Positions 10,830 to 24,100 of a stretch of DNA of 64,000 bases are shown here, piece after piece. How positions within the stretch are numbered: the stretch's first letter is position 1; the number at the start of each line of letters is the position of its first letter. Position numbers and translations under genes: made by a program. The stretch comes from Eledone cirrhosa (lineage: Eukaryota), in contig OZ024752.1 of NCBI GenBank assembly GCA_964016885.1, positions 38,750,001-38,814,000 of the forward strand, written 5' to 3'. The notes under the pieces were generated by a model. That model was not told the DNA's origin and did not search any database. It worked only from the letters and a program-made list of their open reading frames with translations.

Positions 10830-13800
10830 CTACAAAAAATAACAAACACTATTTTAAGACAATATATTTTTTTTAATAATTAACAAAAAAAAAAGGTTAT
10901 AACTTTCAGATGACATGACACAGATACCAGTTTATCATTTATGGTTATATATATGACATGACACAGATACCAGTTTATCATTTATGTCACCAATGTTATA
11001 TATATATGACATGACACAGATACCAGTTTATCATTTATGTCACCAATGTTATATATATATGACATGACACAGATACCAGTTTATCATTTATGTCACCAAT
11101 GTTATGTGTGGATTAAGGCAGGTATGTTGTATGGGTTAAGGCAGGTATGTTGTGTGGGTTAAGGCAGGTATGTTGTGTGGGTTAAGGCAGGTATGTTGTG
11201 TGGGTTAAGGCAGGTATGTTGTGTGGGTTAAGGTAGGTATGTTGTGTGGGTTAAGGCAGGTATGTTGTGTGGGTTAAGGCAGGTATGTTGTGTGGGTTAA
11301 GGCAGGTATGTTGTGTGGGTTAAGGCAGGTATGTTGTGTGGGTTAAGGTAGGTATGTTGTGTGGGTTAAGGTAGGTATGTTGTGTGGGTTAAGGCAGGTA
11401 TGTTGTGTGGGTTAAGGTAGGTATGTTGTGTGGATTAAGGCAAGTATGTTGTATGGGTTAAGGCAGGTATGTTGTGTGGGTTAAGGCAGGTATGTTGTGT
11501 GGGTTAAGGCAGGTATGTTGTATGGGTTAAGGTAGGTATGTTGTGTGGGTTAAGGCAGGTATGTTGTGTGGGTTAAGGCAGGTATGTTGTGTGGGTTAAG
11601 GCAGGTATGTTGTGTGGGTTAAGGCAGGTATGTTGTGTGGGTTAAGGCAGGTATGTTGTATGGGTTAAGGCAGGTATGTTGTATGGGTTAAGGCAGGTAT
11701 ATTGTGTGGGTTAAGGCAGGTATGTTGTGTGGGTTAGGGCTGGTATGTTGTGTGGGTTAAGGCAGGTATGTTGTGTGGGTTAAGGCAGGTATGTTGTGTG
11801 GGTTAAGGCAGGTATGTTGTGTGGGTTAAGGCAGGTATGTTGTGTGGGTTAAGGCAGGTATGTTGTGTGGGTTAAGGCAGGTATGTTGTGTGGGTTAAGG
11901 CAGGTATGTTGTGTGGGTTAAGGCAGGTATGTTGTGTGGGTTAAGGCAGGTATGTTGTGTGGGTTAAGGCAGGTATGTTGTATGGGTTAAGGCAGGTATG
12001 TTGTGTGGGTTAAGGTAAGTATGGTATGTGGGTTAACATAAGTATGGTGTGTGGGTTAAGGTAGGTATGGTGTGTGGGTTAACATAAGTATGCTGTGCGG
12101 GTTAACATAAGTATGTTGTGCGGGTTAAGGTAGGTATGTTGTGTGGGTTAACATAGATATGTTGTGTGGGTTAAGGTAGGTATGTTGTGTGGGTTAAGGT
12201 AGGTATGTTGTGTGGGTTAACATAAGTATGCTGTGCGGGTTAACATAAGTATGTTGTGTGGGTTAACATAGATATGTTGTGTGGGTTAAGGTAGGTATGT
12301 TGTGTGGGTTAACATAAGTATGCTGTGCGGGTTAACATAAGTATGTTGTGTGGGTTAACATAAGTATGTTGTGTGGGTTAACATAAGTATGTTGTGTGGG
12401 TTAACATAAGTATGTTGTGCGGGTTAAGGTAGGTATGTTGTGTGGGTTAACATAGGTATGTTGTGTGGGTTAAGGTAGAGGCAAAAAGTGAGAATGCAAG
12501 AACAGGGTGTTTATTGGAGGAAATGTAGCAAGAGTGAGTGGCAGAAGAGAATGATGTTTACTGATATTGTGGGATGCTGTCAAAAGAAAAAAAAAAAAAA
12601 ATAAGAGAGAAACATACAATGGAAAATAGTAACAGTCAGAGGCAAGGGTAAGGGAATACTATAGACACATATAGACATGCACACACATATATACAAATAT
12701 GTGATATACTCATGAAAAGAAAACAATCATTCTATATTAACCTTATCATTTTATATCATTTTACGTCCGCTTTTCCCTGCCTGCAAGGGTGGGACAGGAA
12801 CTGATTCTGGCTTGATTTCTACAGCTGGATGCCCTTCCTAACACCAACCTCATTTACAGTGTGGGCTGGGTGCTTTTTTGCCGTGGCACCTCCACGACCA
12901 CTTTGCAGTGGAATGATATGGACCCCAGTCCCTATCATCTCATTTCTACAGCTGAGTAAACTGGAGCAATGTGAAATAAAGTGACTTGCTCAAGGAAACA
13001 ACACATCACCCGGTCTGAGAATTGAACTCACAACCTTTCGATTGCAAGCCCAATGCTCTAATCAACTATGCCACGTGCCTCCTTATAATTTAAAAATGAC
13101 TAATATACAAGTCTGAGATATCTCCTCTCTTTCAGCAAGTCTTACTGCAATGTCACCATCACAGTCTCTCTCAGAAAAAAAGAAAAAATTAATATTTTGG
13201 GCTTTTTCAGACTGTTTAAGAATCACAAGTATGTTTGTTGTAAAAAAAATATTTAAGTTGTTAGCAGAAAAACTAAACAAAATATTGCTCTGAACTCAGT
13301 GGTATTGGCCAAAGAGGACAGGGAAGTAGCTTATACAAAACTGAATTATCATCACAAAAGATAGAAAAGAAAATCGAGAAAACGAGTTTCAAAGAGACCA
13401 GTTGTGGAAAAAAAAAAAAAAAAGGTGTGTGAGAGGGGGGAGGGGGGAGGGCATTATTGACCCTTTTGTCTGAAGACTGTCACCCTACTCCTGTCATAAA
13501 ATGTTGTCCAGCTCGTGGTCCTGGGCCGATAGAATGGAGAAGATATTGACCCTGAGGATGGCGAGGGAGACGTGCTGGAAAGTCTCTCCACCTCGTGGTC
13601 CTGGGGGGGATAGAATGGAGAAGATATAGACCCAGAGGATGGCGAGGGAGACGTGCTGGAACAGACACTCCACCTCGTGACCCTGGGGGGATAGAATGGA
13701 GAAGATATTGACCCTGAGGATGGCGAGGGAGACGTGCTGGAACAGACACTCCACCTCGTGACCCTGGGGGGGATAGAATGGAGAAGATATTGACCCTGAG

Positions 13801-16800
13801 GATGGCGAGGGAGACGTGCTTGAACAGACACTCCACCTCGTGACCTTGGGGGGGATAGAATGGAGAAGATATTGACCCTGAGGATGGCGAGGGAGACGTG
13901 CTGGAACAGACACTCCACCTCGTGACCCTGGGGGGGATAGAATGGAGAAGATATTGACCCTGAGGATGGCGAGGGAGACGTGCTGGAACAGTCACTCCAC
14001 CTCGTGACCCTGGGGGGGGATAGAATGGAGAAGATATTGACCCTGAGGATGGAGAGGGAGACGTGCTGGAACAGACACTCCACCCCGTGACCCTTGGGGG
14101 GATAGAATGGAGAAGATATTGACCCTGAGGATGGCGAGGGAGACGTGCTGGAACAGACACTCCACCTCGTGACCCTGGGGGGGATAGAATGGAGAAGATA
14201 TTGACCCTGAGGATGGCGAGGGAGACGTGCTGGAACAGACACTCCACCTCGTGACCCTGGGGGGGATAGAATGGAGAAGATATTGACCCTGAGGATGGCG
14301 AGGGAGACGTGCTGGAACAGACACTCCACCTCGTGACCCTGGGGGGATAGAATGGAGAAGATATTGACCCAGAGGATGGCGAGGGAGACGTGCTGGAACA
14401 GACACTCCACCTCGTGACCCTGGGGGGGATAGAATGGAGAAGATATTGACCCAGAGGATGGCGAGGGAGACGTGCTGGAACAGACACTCCACCTCGTGAC
14501 CCTGGGGGGGATAGAATGGAGAAGATATTGACCCAGAGGGAGACGTGCTGGCAGACATTCCACCTCGTGGGACTCGCACATATGGGCAGCCAACTCTGCT
14601 CCGATAGCAGTGAGTTGAGATGTGGTCCAGGGGCCAAGAATGCCGGAAGTCTCTATCACTATAGTTTTGACAAGAAGCCACTGCACCTCGCAAGGCTCAC
14701 ACTTGCAGGCAGCCTACTCCACTACGATAGCAGTGAGCAGAAAGTATCAGACAGTATGTTATTCGAAACATAGTTACTTCTTTTTAAATTTTTTAAAAAC
14801 CAAATTTACTAACCCTTTGCAACTGAATAATATCTTTCTCAGTCAATTTCTTTCCATTGATTGGATCAATCATGTCCTTCTTAATTATTTTGTCGATACA
14901 CTCCATTGTAACCACTTTGCCACTGTAATTACAAAAATATTTTATAATACAAAAACCATAACAGATTGTAGAGATAAAAAAAAGAACGAAAAGCAAAGTT
15001 GATCTCGGCATGATTTAACCCTTAAGCATTTACATTACTCTATATTTATTATTATATTTTCACGGTAAAGGCTTTACCTTATATAATTACCTCACATAAC
15101 ATTTACATTACTCTATATATACTATTATATTTTCATGGTAAAGGCTTTACCTCACATAACATTTACATTACTCTATATATGCTATTATATGTTCACGGTA
15201 AAGGCTTTACCTCACATAACATTTACATTACTCTATATATACTATTATATTTTCATGGTAAAGGCTTTACCTCACATAACATTTACATTACTCTATATAT
15301 GCTATTATATTTTCATGGTAAAGGCTTTACCTCACATAACATTTAAATTACTCTATATATGCTATTATATGTTCACGGTAAAGGCTTTACCTCACATAAT
15401 TATTTCACATATCAAATCTATGAGATTTTGATAACAATACCTTAACATCATCACTGTTTAACATCTATTTTCCATGCTAGCATAGGTTAATCGAGTTGTC
15501 CTCTTGTGAGACAAACTCAAATCAAGTTACCGTGTTTCTGGCTTGGTTTTTATAGCTGGATGCCCTTTCTAATGCCAACCACATTTACAGCATGGACTGG
15601 GTGCTTTTTATTATGGAACCAACACAACCACTTTACATGGTGGACCAGGTGCTTTTTGTCGTGTCACCAACACGACCACCATACAGTGAGGACTGGGTAC
15701 TTTTTATTGTCACCAACATAACCACCTTACAGGATGGATTAGGTGCTTATTGTTGTGTCACCAGCATGATCACATCACAGCATCAATTGGGTGCTTTTTA
15801 AAATGACTAACAAGATAAAGATAACAGAGAATGCAAAAAAAAAACCACTTACGATGTCTTCAAAGCAGCACATGGTACTGAGTTACCCAAAACATCATTT
15901 GAAACAGCGCATACATATCTAGCCTTGAAAAATATAGAAATTTATATATATATATATATAATTCAATTTAGGTAAAAACCAAAGATTATAGTTCAAATTA
16001 TCTTATTAAACCAAAGATCATAGTTCAAATTATTTTATTAATTTCTACGGCTGTTTTGATTTAACGAAATGTAATTGCAAACATCAATAATAATTTGCAG
16101 ATTAACCCATTAGCATTTACATTACTCTATATTTACTATTATATTTTCACGGTAAAGGCTTTACTTCACATAATTATCTCACATAATATCAAATCTATGA
16201 GATTTTGATACTGTTTATTTTGAGAACAATACCTTAACATTAGCGTGAGCAGCCGGTTACATCCGGTTTGAACAGAAAGAAGTGAGAGAATTCTGGCTGG
16301 ATACAGCCGATTTGAACAGAAAGAAGTGAGAGAATTCTGCCTGTATACAGCCAGTTTGAACAGAAAGAAGTGAGAGAATTCTGGCTGGATACAGCCAGTT
16401 TGAACAGAAAGAGGAGAGAGAATTCTGGCTGGATACAGCCAGTTTGAACAGAAAGAAGTGAGAGAATTCTGGCTGGATACAGCCAGTTTGAACAGAAAGA
16501 GGAGAGAGAATTCTGGCTGGATACAGCCAGTTTGAACAGAAAGAAGTGAGAGAATTCTGGCTGGATACAGCCAGTTTGAACAGAAAGAGGAGAGAGAATT
16601 CTGGCTGGATAGAGCCAGTTTGAACAGAAAGAAGTGATAAAATTCTGGCTGGATACAGCCAGTTTGAACAGAAAGACGTGAGAGAATTCTGGCTGGAGCA
16701 ATGTGAAATAAAGCGTCTTGCTCAAGGAAACAACACATCACCCGGTCTTAGAATTAAACTCACAACCTTTCGATTGCAAGGCCAATGCTCTAACCACTAA

Positions 16801-17544
16801 GCCATGTGCCTCCACATATATATATATATATATATATATAAGAACAAAAGATGGTTAAAAGAGTTCCATGTATTTTATTATGCGCATTTCAAAAACAAAT
16901 ATCATCATGCAATAATATTTGTGTTTTCATCAGATAAAACAGGAGGACATGATATGAAGGTTAAAAAACACTTGTGGATAGTTCAGTTTTAAATCAACAT
17001 ATGAGAAGTAGTTTTAGATTGATGTGTGATATTGGGAAAAATATTTTATTTAGAGGGGGGGGGGGCAAGGGTGAAAGAAAGGAGGAGATGAGAGTGAAGG
17101 TGGAGAGGGAGGAGTATAATGAGGAAGGATGAAATAGGAGGAGAGATGGGTGATAGAGAGAGAGAGATAGCTTTTATAACTGAGAAAGATATATTGTTTT
17201 ACATAGAGAGGTTGAAAACCGTTGGAAGATAATGTATAAATTAAAAGAATTTGAAAATTAAGAGAAAAATAATGTAAAGTTAAGGTTTGTATATTGAGGG
17301 GTTTGATGATATGTGCAAAGAAAAAGAAAGAGTTAATATGTATTGAGAATAATGAGTTAGATGAAGGGGAGAAAAGAATAATGAATTGGGGATGAATAAT
17401 CTAACGTCAAAAAAAATGTATGTTTACGAAGGGTTTTAACCATCTTTTGTTCTTATATATTATGTATACTCCAGTCCTACAAACTGTAGAGTGCTTCTTA
17501 TCCGATATCTGCATTGCTTTATTGTACTACAATAAATCTCACCT

Positions 17545-17615
<71 letters not shown>

Positions 17616-17639
17616 AAATATATATATATATATATGTAA

Positions 17640-17687
<48 letters not shown>

Positions 17688-18081
17688 GTATATATATATA
17701 TAATTATATATATATATATATGGAGGCATATGGCTGGGATGAAGGCATATGGCTTAGTGGTTAGAACATTGGCCTTGCAATCGAAAGGTTGTGAGTTCAA
17801 TTGTGTTGTTTCCTTGAGCAAGACACTTTATTTCACATTGCTCCAGTTTACTCAGCTGTAGAAATGAGATGATAGGGACTGAGGTCCATATCATTTCACT
17901 GCAAAGTGGTCGTGGAGGTGCCACGGCAAAAAAGCACCCAGCACTCACTGTAAATGAGGTTGGTGTTAGGAAGGACATCCAGCTGTAGAAATCAAGCCAG
18001 AATCAGTTCCCGTCCCACCCTTGCAAGCAGGGAAAAGCGGACGTAAAATGAAATGATGATGATGATGATATATGTATATAT

Positions 18082-18118
<37 letters not shown>

Positions 18119-21100
18119 TATTTTCATTAAAATGACAGGTGGTCGGACTGGTGAAGTTCCTATAAAGTTTTATTGTTTCAAAAACACTATATGTATTTCA
18201 ATGACCAGGTTACGCAAAATCCTGGCAACATCATAGTTCTATCCAGTGGTAAACCACCCAACTTAAATGCGTCTGTGAGTGTGTATATATATATATATCA
18301 TCATCATCATCAGGCCATCATGCTCCGTTGGATGTGCAGTGTAAATGTGCGTGAACGACCCAGCATAAATGTGTTGAGAGAGAAACTGTCTGAGAGGGAT
18401 AGAATGTAGTGTACGGGTGAGGAGACTGAGGTGGTATGGACATGTGATGCGCATGGAGGATGACCAATGGGTGAAGAAGTGCCAGGAAATGCCAGTTGAA
18501 GGAAGACGTGGTAGAGGTAGACCACGAAAAACATGGGCGGAGGTGGTGAGAACAGACCTCAGATCATTGAAGCTCACGGTGGAGATGACGAAGGACCGTG
18601 ACAAGTGGAAAGATGCTGTGCTGAATCAGACCCGTCCCACCCTTGCAAGCAGGGAAAAGCGGACGTAAAATGATGATGATGATGATGATGATAATGATAT
18701 ATATATTTTTTTTTTTAATGTATAGGAAAAACAAATACTAGGTGTGCAGTATAGAAAAAATGAAGACTTTTATCAAAAGTTTGTTCTTTAACATATGTTT
18801 CAATACAATATATGTCTACATAATGCTGGTTGCATAATATTACTCCGTGATCTTCCACCTGGATACTATAATTTGATCCCTCTTATTGGACTATTACTGT
18901 AACCTACAAGGACCATGTTGAGAAAAATACTTAGGTAAGCAATCTTTTTTTATTTTTGTTTGTACACTTATATACACAAACAAATTTTACTCGTACATTT
19001 ATTGATATATATATATATATCCCAAATTAAGATAAATTAAATGAATTTAATCTAAATCAAAATTATGGGTGTCATGCCAGAACGGCATGCGCCATATCAC
19101 CCGGAAAAATAAGCTCAAAGATTCTATCGAGTAGGTCCGAGCATTTTCTCCTTAATTGTAGAGCTAACTCTGTTGAAAGGAATCGGCTGCTGTTTCTAGT
19201 TGTCGATATCCCTATTCACGCCACTGAGACGAAGCTGCTATGATATGTAAATTCAACATGTGGTAATGGCCAGTTGCAGATTTGAACTCGCTGTGTAAAC
19301 ATGGATTGCTGGAAATTTTTCTTCCTTGTTGAAAATCCAAAAATATCCACTTCCGTGATTTACCATCTGATTAATTGGTGAAATCATCATCATCATCATT
19401 TTACGTCCGCTTTTCCCTGCTTGCAAGGGTGGGACGGGTCTTATTCAGCACAGCATCTCTCCACTCGTCACGGTCCCTCGTCATCTCCACCGTGAGCTTC
19501 AATGATCTGAGGTCTGTTCTCACCACCTCCGCCCATGTTTTTCGTGGTCTACCTCTACCACGTCTTCCTTCAACTGGCATTTCCTGGCACTTCTTCACCC
19601 ATCGGTCATCCTTCATGCGCATCACATGTCCATACCACCTCAGTCTCCTCTCCCGTACACTACATTCTATCCCTCTCAGACACAGTTTCTCTCTCAACAC
19701 ATTTATGCTGGGTCGTTCACGCACATTTACACTGCACATCCAACGGAGCATGCTTGCCTCATTTCTCTCCAGCCGTCGCATATCCTCTGCGGTTGCTGCC
19801 CATGTCTCACTACCATGCAGCATCGCGCTCCTCACACAGGCATCATACAACCGGCCTTTCGTACGCAGGGAGAAACCCTTCTTCGTCAACAGAGGAAGCA
19901 GCTCCCTAAACTTCTTCCAACCCGTCCTTATTCTAGATACTATGGCCTCGGAACACCCTCCTCCCATGCTAATCTGATCTCCTAGAAATATATACAGGGA
20001 AGATTAATCATATTATAAGGTATCTATTTTTGAAGTTCTAGTCAACTTTATTTAGTTACCTACCTAGCTATGTGTGGTTACACGCTTGTAAAAATTATCT
20101 CCTGTGATTATTCATGTTTATATATATGTTAATCAATTTCTAGTTATATATATATATATAGTTAACATTGACAGTAATACTATATATTGGAATATTCAAT
20201 GAAATAAAATAAATATTGTATATATGGCTGTGTAATTCCTAAAGTAGTTGTAGGGGTGTCGTATTGTCATACAATGTTTAAAGACCATTTTTAAATCCAG
20301 CAGAACCCATCTCTTCTCCAGGTTTGAATACAGTTACTAATAAGAAGAGTTGAAATTAATGCATGCAAGATTTCACAACTCTAGCATCACTCCTTCATAG
20401 TCAGCCTATGAGCTTTTCAGCCAAAAATATTTCAATTGAAAAAGCAAAAGCAAAATATTTACCTGTTTTGTAATAAGAGAAGTTTTTTTATCTCTATCAT
20501 TTATTGGTGTAAATGAAATATCAATGAGATCTTTCAACTTTATTGGCTTTCCACTCATTGGACAACGGACTTTTTCATCCTACAATGACAAATACTGGAC
20601 AGATTTACTGATATGAACATTTTAAACAGTTTGGATATCTCAGCTAAGAAAAATTTAATCTGATACTCTAGAAAAATGATTGTATTAAGTTTTCCAGAAA
20701 TTAATTGTTTCTACTTTTGGCACAAGGCCAGCAATTACCCAGTGCATTACTGGTACTTTATTTTATCGACCCCGTAAGGATGAAAGGCAAAGTTAACCTC
20801 GGCAGGATTTGAACTCAGAATGGCAAGGGCCGTAACTCTATGCGTCAAAGCATGGCGTCCTTCCAGAAATTAATGCAGGTTTATGTTTTTATTTGTTTCA
20901 ACAATTTTTTCAGAATAAAAACTCTCACAAGGTGTGTAAAATTACCCGTCATCTTAAAACTTCTTTTATGCTCTTTCGTTCTATATTATCCATTTTTAAT
21001 AGAAATAGCAGGTGATGTGTTGTTATGGAGTCCATCTCATGGAGCAAGAAACGCTGGTCGTCCCAAGAAGACATACGTCAAGCAACTTGAGGACGATACT

Positions 21101-24100
21101 GGATGCGCTGCGGAAGAACAGGCAAACGCTATGAGAGACAGAGATGGATGGAGGAAACGTGTCGTAGAAAGCCGAGCAAGCTCGACTTGATGATGATGAA
21201 TATAATTTGCCTTTTTGTCAATTTTCTAATTTTTGAAGATGTTGAAATAGGATTTTACCCAAATATATTTCAATGAGTTTAGGCTCGATCATAGAGCAGC
21301 ATAAATAGCTAGAAACATCAATGAATTTTGGGGGCAAGGGGCCAAGGAAATGGTAATGTGTGGACAGTATAATGTTCATTTCAAAAATGTTGTCATGGTG
21401 AATTCACTCTTGAAAATGGGGGGGGGGGGGGGGGCACAAGAAACGACCCATTTCTTGGTTGCATTGTGTTAAAATGGCTGTATCCAGCCAGAATTCTCTC
21501 ACTTTTTTCTGTTCAAGCTGGCTGCAACCGACTTCTCATACTGATGTTAAGGTACTATTCTCAAAATAAATAATATCAAAATCTCGTAGATTCGATGTTA
21601 TGTGAGATAAACCCTTTACCATGAAAATACAATAGTAAATATAGAGTAATGTAAATGCTAAAGGGTTAAAACCCTGCATTAATTTCTGAGCAACTTGATA
21701 ATTTTATTGGTTTTGCTGAAAAATGTTTGAGCAAGAAGAAAAGATAATACGTACAGGCTTAGCCATGACAGAGGCACTTGCACTGGGAGTTAGACAAGGT
21801 AACCAAAAGCTAGGTAAAGCTTTATCCTTTCCACGTTTCATGTTACTAATACTTGTGCTACAACTAGTGCTGGCTGACAAATAAAATAAACAAAATGAGA
21901 AATTAATAAATATGTAACTAAATAAATTAGCATCATTATTGTTTCAGTGTTTCTTGTCCCAAATTATTGTGGGTTTCACAGGTTTGTATTAAAGTCCTCT
22001 CTAAAAACATTATACCATGTTTGTGAAAGCCTTCAAAACCAGTAAGAACATCTCCATAACTAAGGTGACACCAGTCCACACTGTAAAGTGGTAGTGCTAG
22101 TGCCATAATAAAATGTACCCAGCCCACACTGTAAAGTGGTAGTGTTGGTGCCATAATAAAATGTACCCAGCCCACACTGTAAAGTGGTAGTGTTGGTGCC
22201 ATAATAAAATGTACCCAGTCCACACTGTAAAGTGGTAGTGCTGGTGCCATAATAAAATGTACCCAGCCCACACTGTAAAGTGGTAGTGTTGGTGCCATAA
22301 TAAAATGTACCCAGCCTACACTGTAAAGTGGTAGTACTGGTGCCATAATAAAATGTACCCAGCCTACACTGTAAAGTGGTAGTGTTGGTGCCATAATAAA
22401 ATGTACCCAGCCTACACTGTAAAGTGGTAGTGCTGGTGTCATAATAAAATGTACCCAGTCCACACTGTAAAGTGGTAGTGCTGGTGCCATAATAAAATGT
22501 ACCCAGTCCACACTGTAAAGTGGTAGTGCTGGTGTCGCAATAAAATGTTCCCAGCCTACACTGTAAAGTGGTAGTGTTGGTGCCATAATAAAATGTACCC
22601 AGCCTACACTGTAAAGTGGTGGTGCTGGTGTCGCAATAAAATGTTCCCAGCCTACACTGTAAAGTGGTAGTGTTGGTGCCATAATAAAATGTACCCAGCC
22701 TACACTGTAAAGTGGTAGTGCTGGTGTCATAATAAAATGTACCCAGTCCACACTGTAAAGTGGTAGTGTTGGTGCCATAATAAAATGTACCCAGCCTACA
22801 CTGTAAAGTGGTAGTGCTGGTGTCATAATAAAATGTACCCAGTCCACACTGTAAAGTGGTAGTGCTGGTGCCATAATAAAATGTACCCAGCCAACACTGT
22901 AAAGTGGTAGTGTTGGTGCCATAATAAAATGTACCCAGCCTACACTGTAAAGTGGTAGTGCTGGTGTCATAATAAAATGTACCCAGTCCACACTGTAAAG
23001 TGGTTGTGTTGGTGCCATAATAAAATGTACCCAGCCTACACTGTAAAGTGGTAGTGCTGGTGTCATAATAAAATGTACCCAGTCCACACTGTAAAGTGGT
23101 AGTGCTGGTGCCATAATAAAATGTACCCAGCCAACACTGTAAAGTGGTAGTGCTGGTGCCATAATAAAATGTACCCAGCCTACACTGTGAAGACATTCCA
23201 GCAGTGACCTCTCTCTACATCACCCTCATATCTGCTTCTCCCTCCCACCCTCCCCCCTCTCTCTCTCCTTCACTATCACCCTCCTTTCTCTACATCACCT
23301 TCATCTCTGCCTCTCTCCCACGCTCCTCCTCTCTCTCCTTCACTATCACCCTCAGCTCTGCCCCTTAGCTCTGCCCCTCTCTACATCATCCTCATCTCTC
23401 TCTATCTCACTCCTCACTCTCCTCTCATAATCTTCATACACAACACATAAATAAAATCAGAAGGAAGTGAAAGCACAAAAAAAAAAAAAAAACCAAGTGA
23501 CATAAATCCTGAACACATATCAAAAGAGAGAAATCTCTCATCTTCCACTTACCCTGTTCACTTGAGCTATTTATCATCTTCACAGGATTAGCTTCATTTT
23601 CCATAAATGCCTTCTTCAGGCTTTCAGCTTCTGCCTGACTAAGTTCTAATTGTTCAGCCTAAAATATTAATTACAAATATACAACAAATTGAATGATAAA
23701 CTCTCAGAAATTAATGTTTATTGTTTTACTAATTTCTGTCACTGGATTGAGACAATGCAAAAGGTTAACCGACCGTATCAACAATAGTAAGGTGATGAAT
23801 TAGCAGAGTCGTTGGAACGTCGGATAAAATCGTGGTAATCGTTCCAGCTCTGGCCTCAGAGCATCAGATACTATGGCCTCAGAGCATCAGATACTATGGC
23901 CTCAGAGCATCAGATACTATGGCCTCAGAGCATCAGATACTATGGCCTCAGAGCATCAGATACTATGGCCTCAGAGCATCAAATACTATGGCCTCAGAGC
24001 ATCAGATACTATGGCCTCAGAGCATCAGATACTATGGCCTCAGAGCATCAGATACTATGGCCTCAGAGCATCAAATACTATGGCCTCAGAGCATCAAATA

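Noticed and set aside
11105-12477. Interstitial telomere
   Set aside because: The unit is 23 bp containing GGGTTAAGG, not tandem TTAGGG.
13454-14693. Host genes from the 410-, 385- and 233-aa ORFs
   Set aside because: Frames rotate through an 81-83 bp tandem unit of a decayed LINE inside NOSIP intron 8.
21936-23196. 408-aa and 378-aa repeat ORFs (also 62399-63409 and 29538-30877)
   Set aside because: These are translations of the 48-bp module, open in several frames, intronic and without unique coding flanks.
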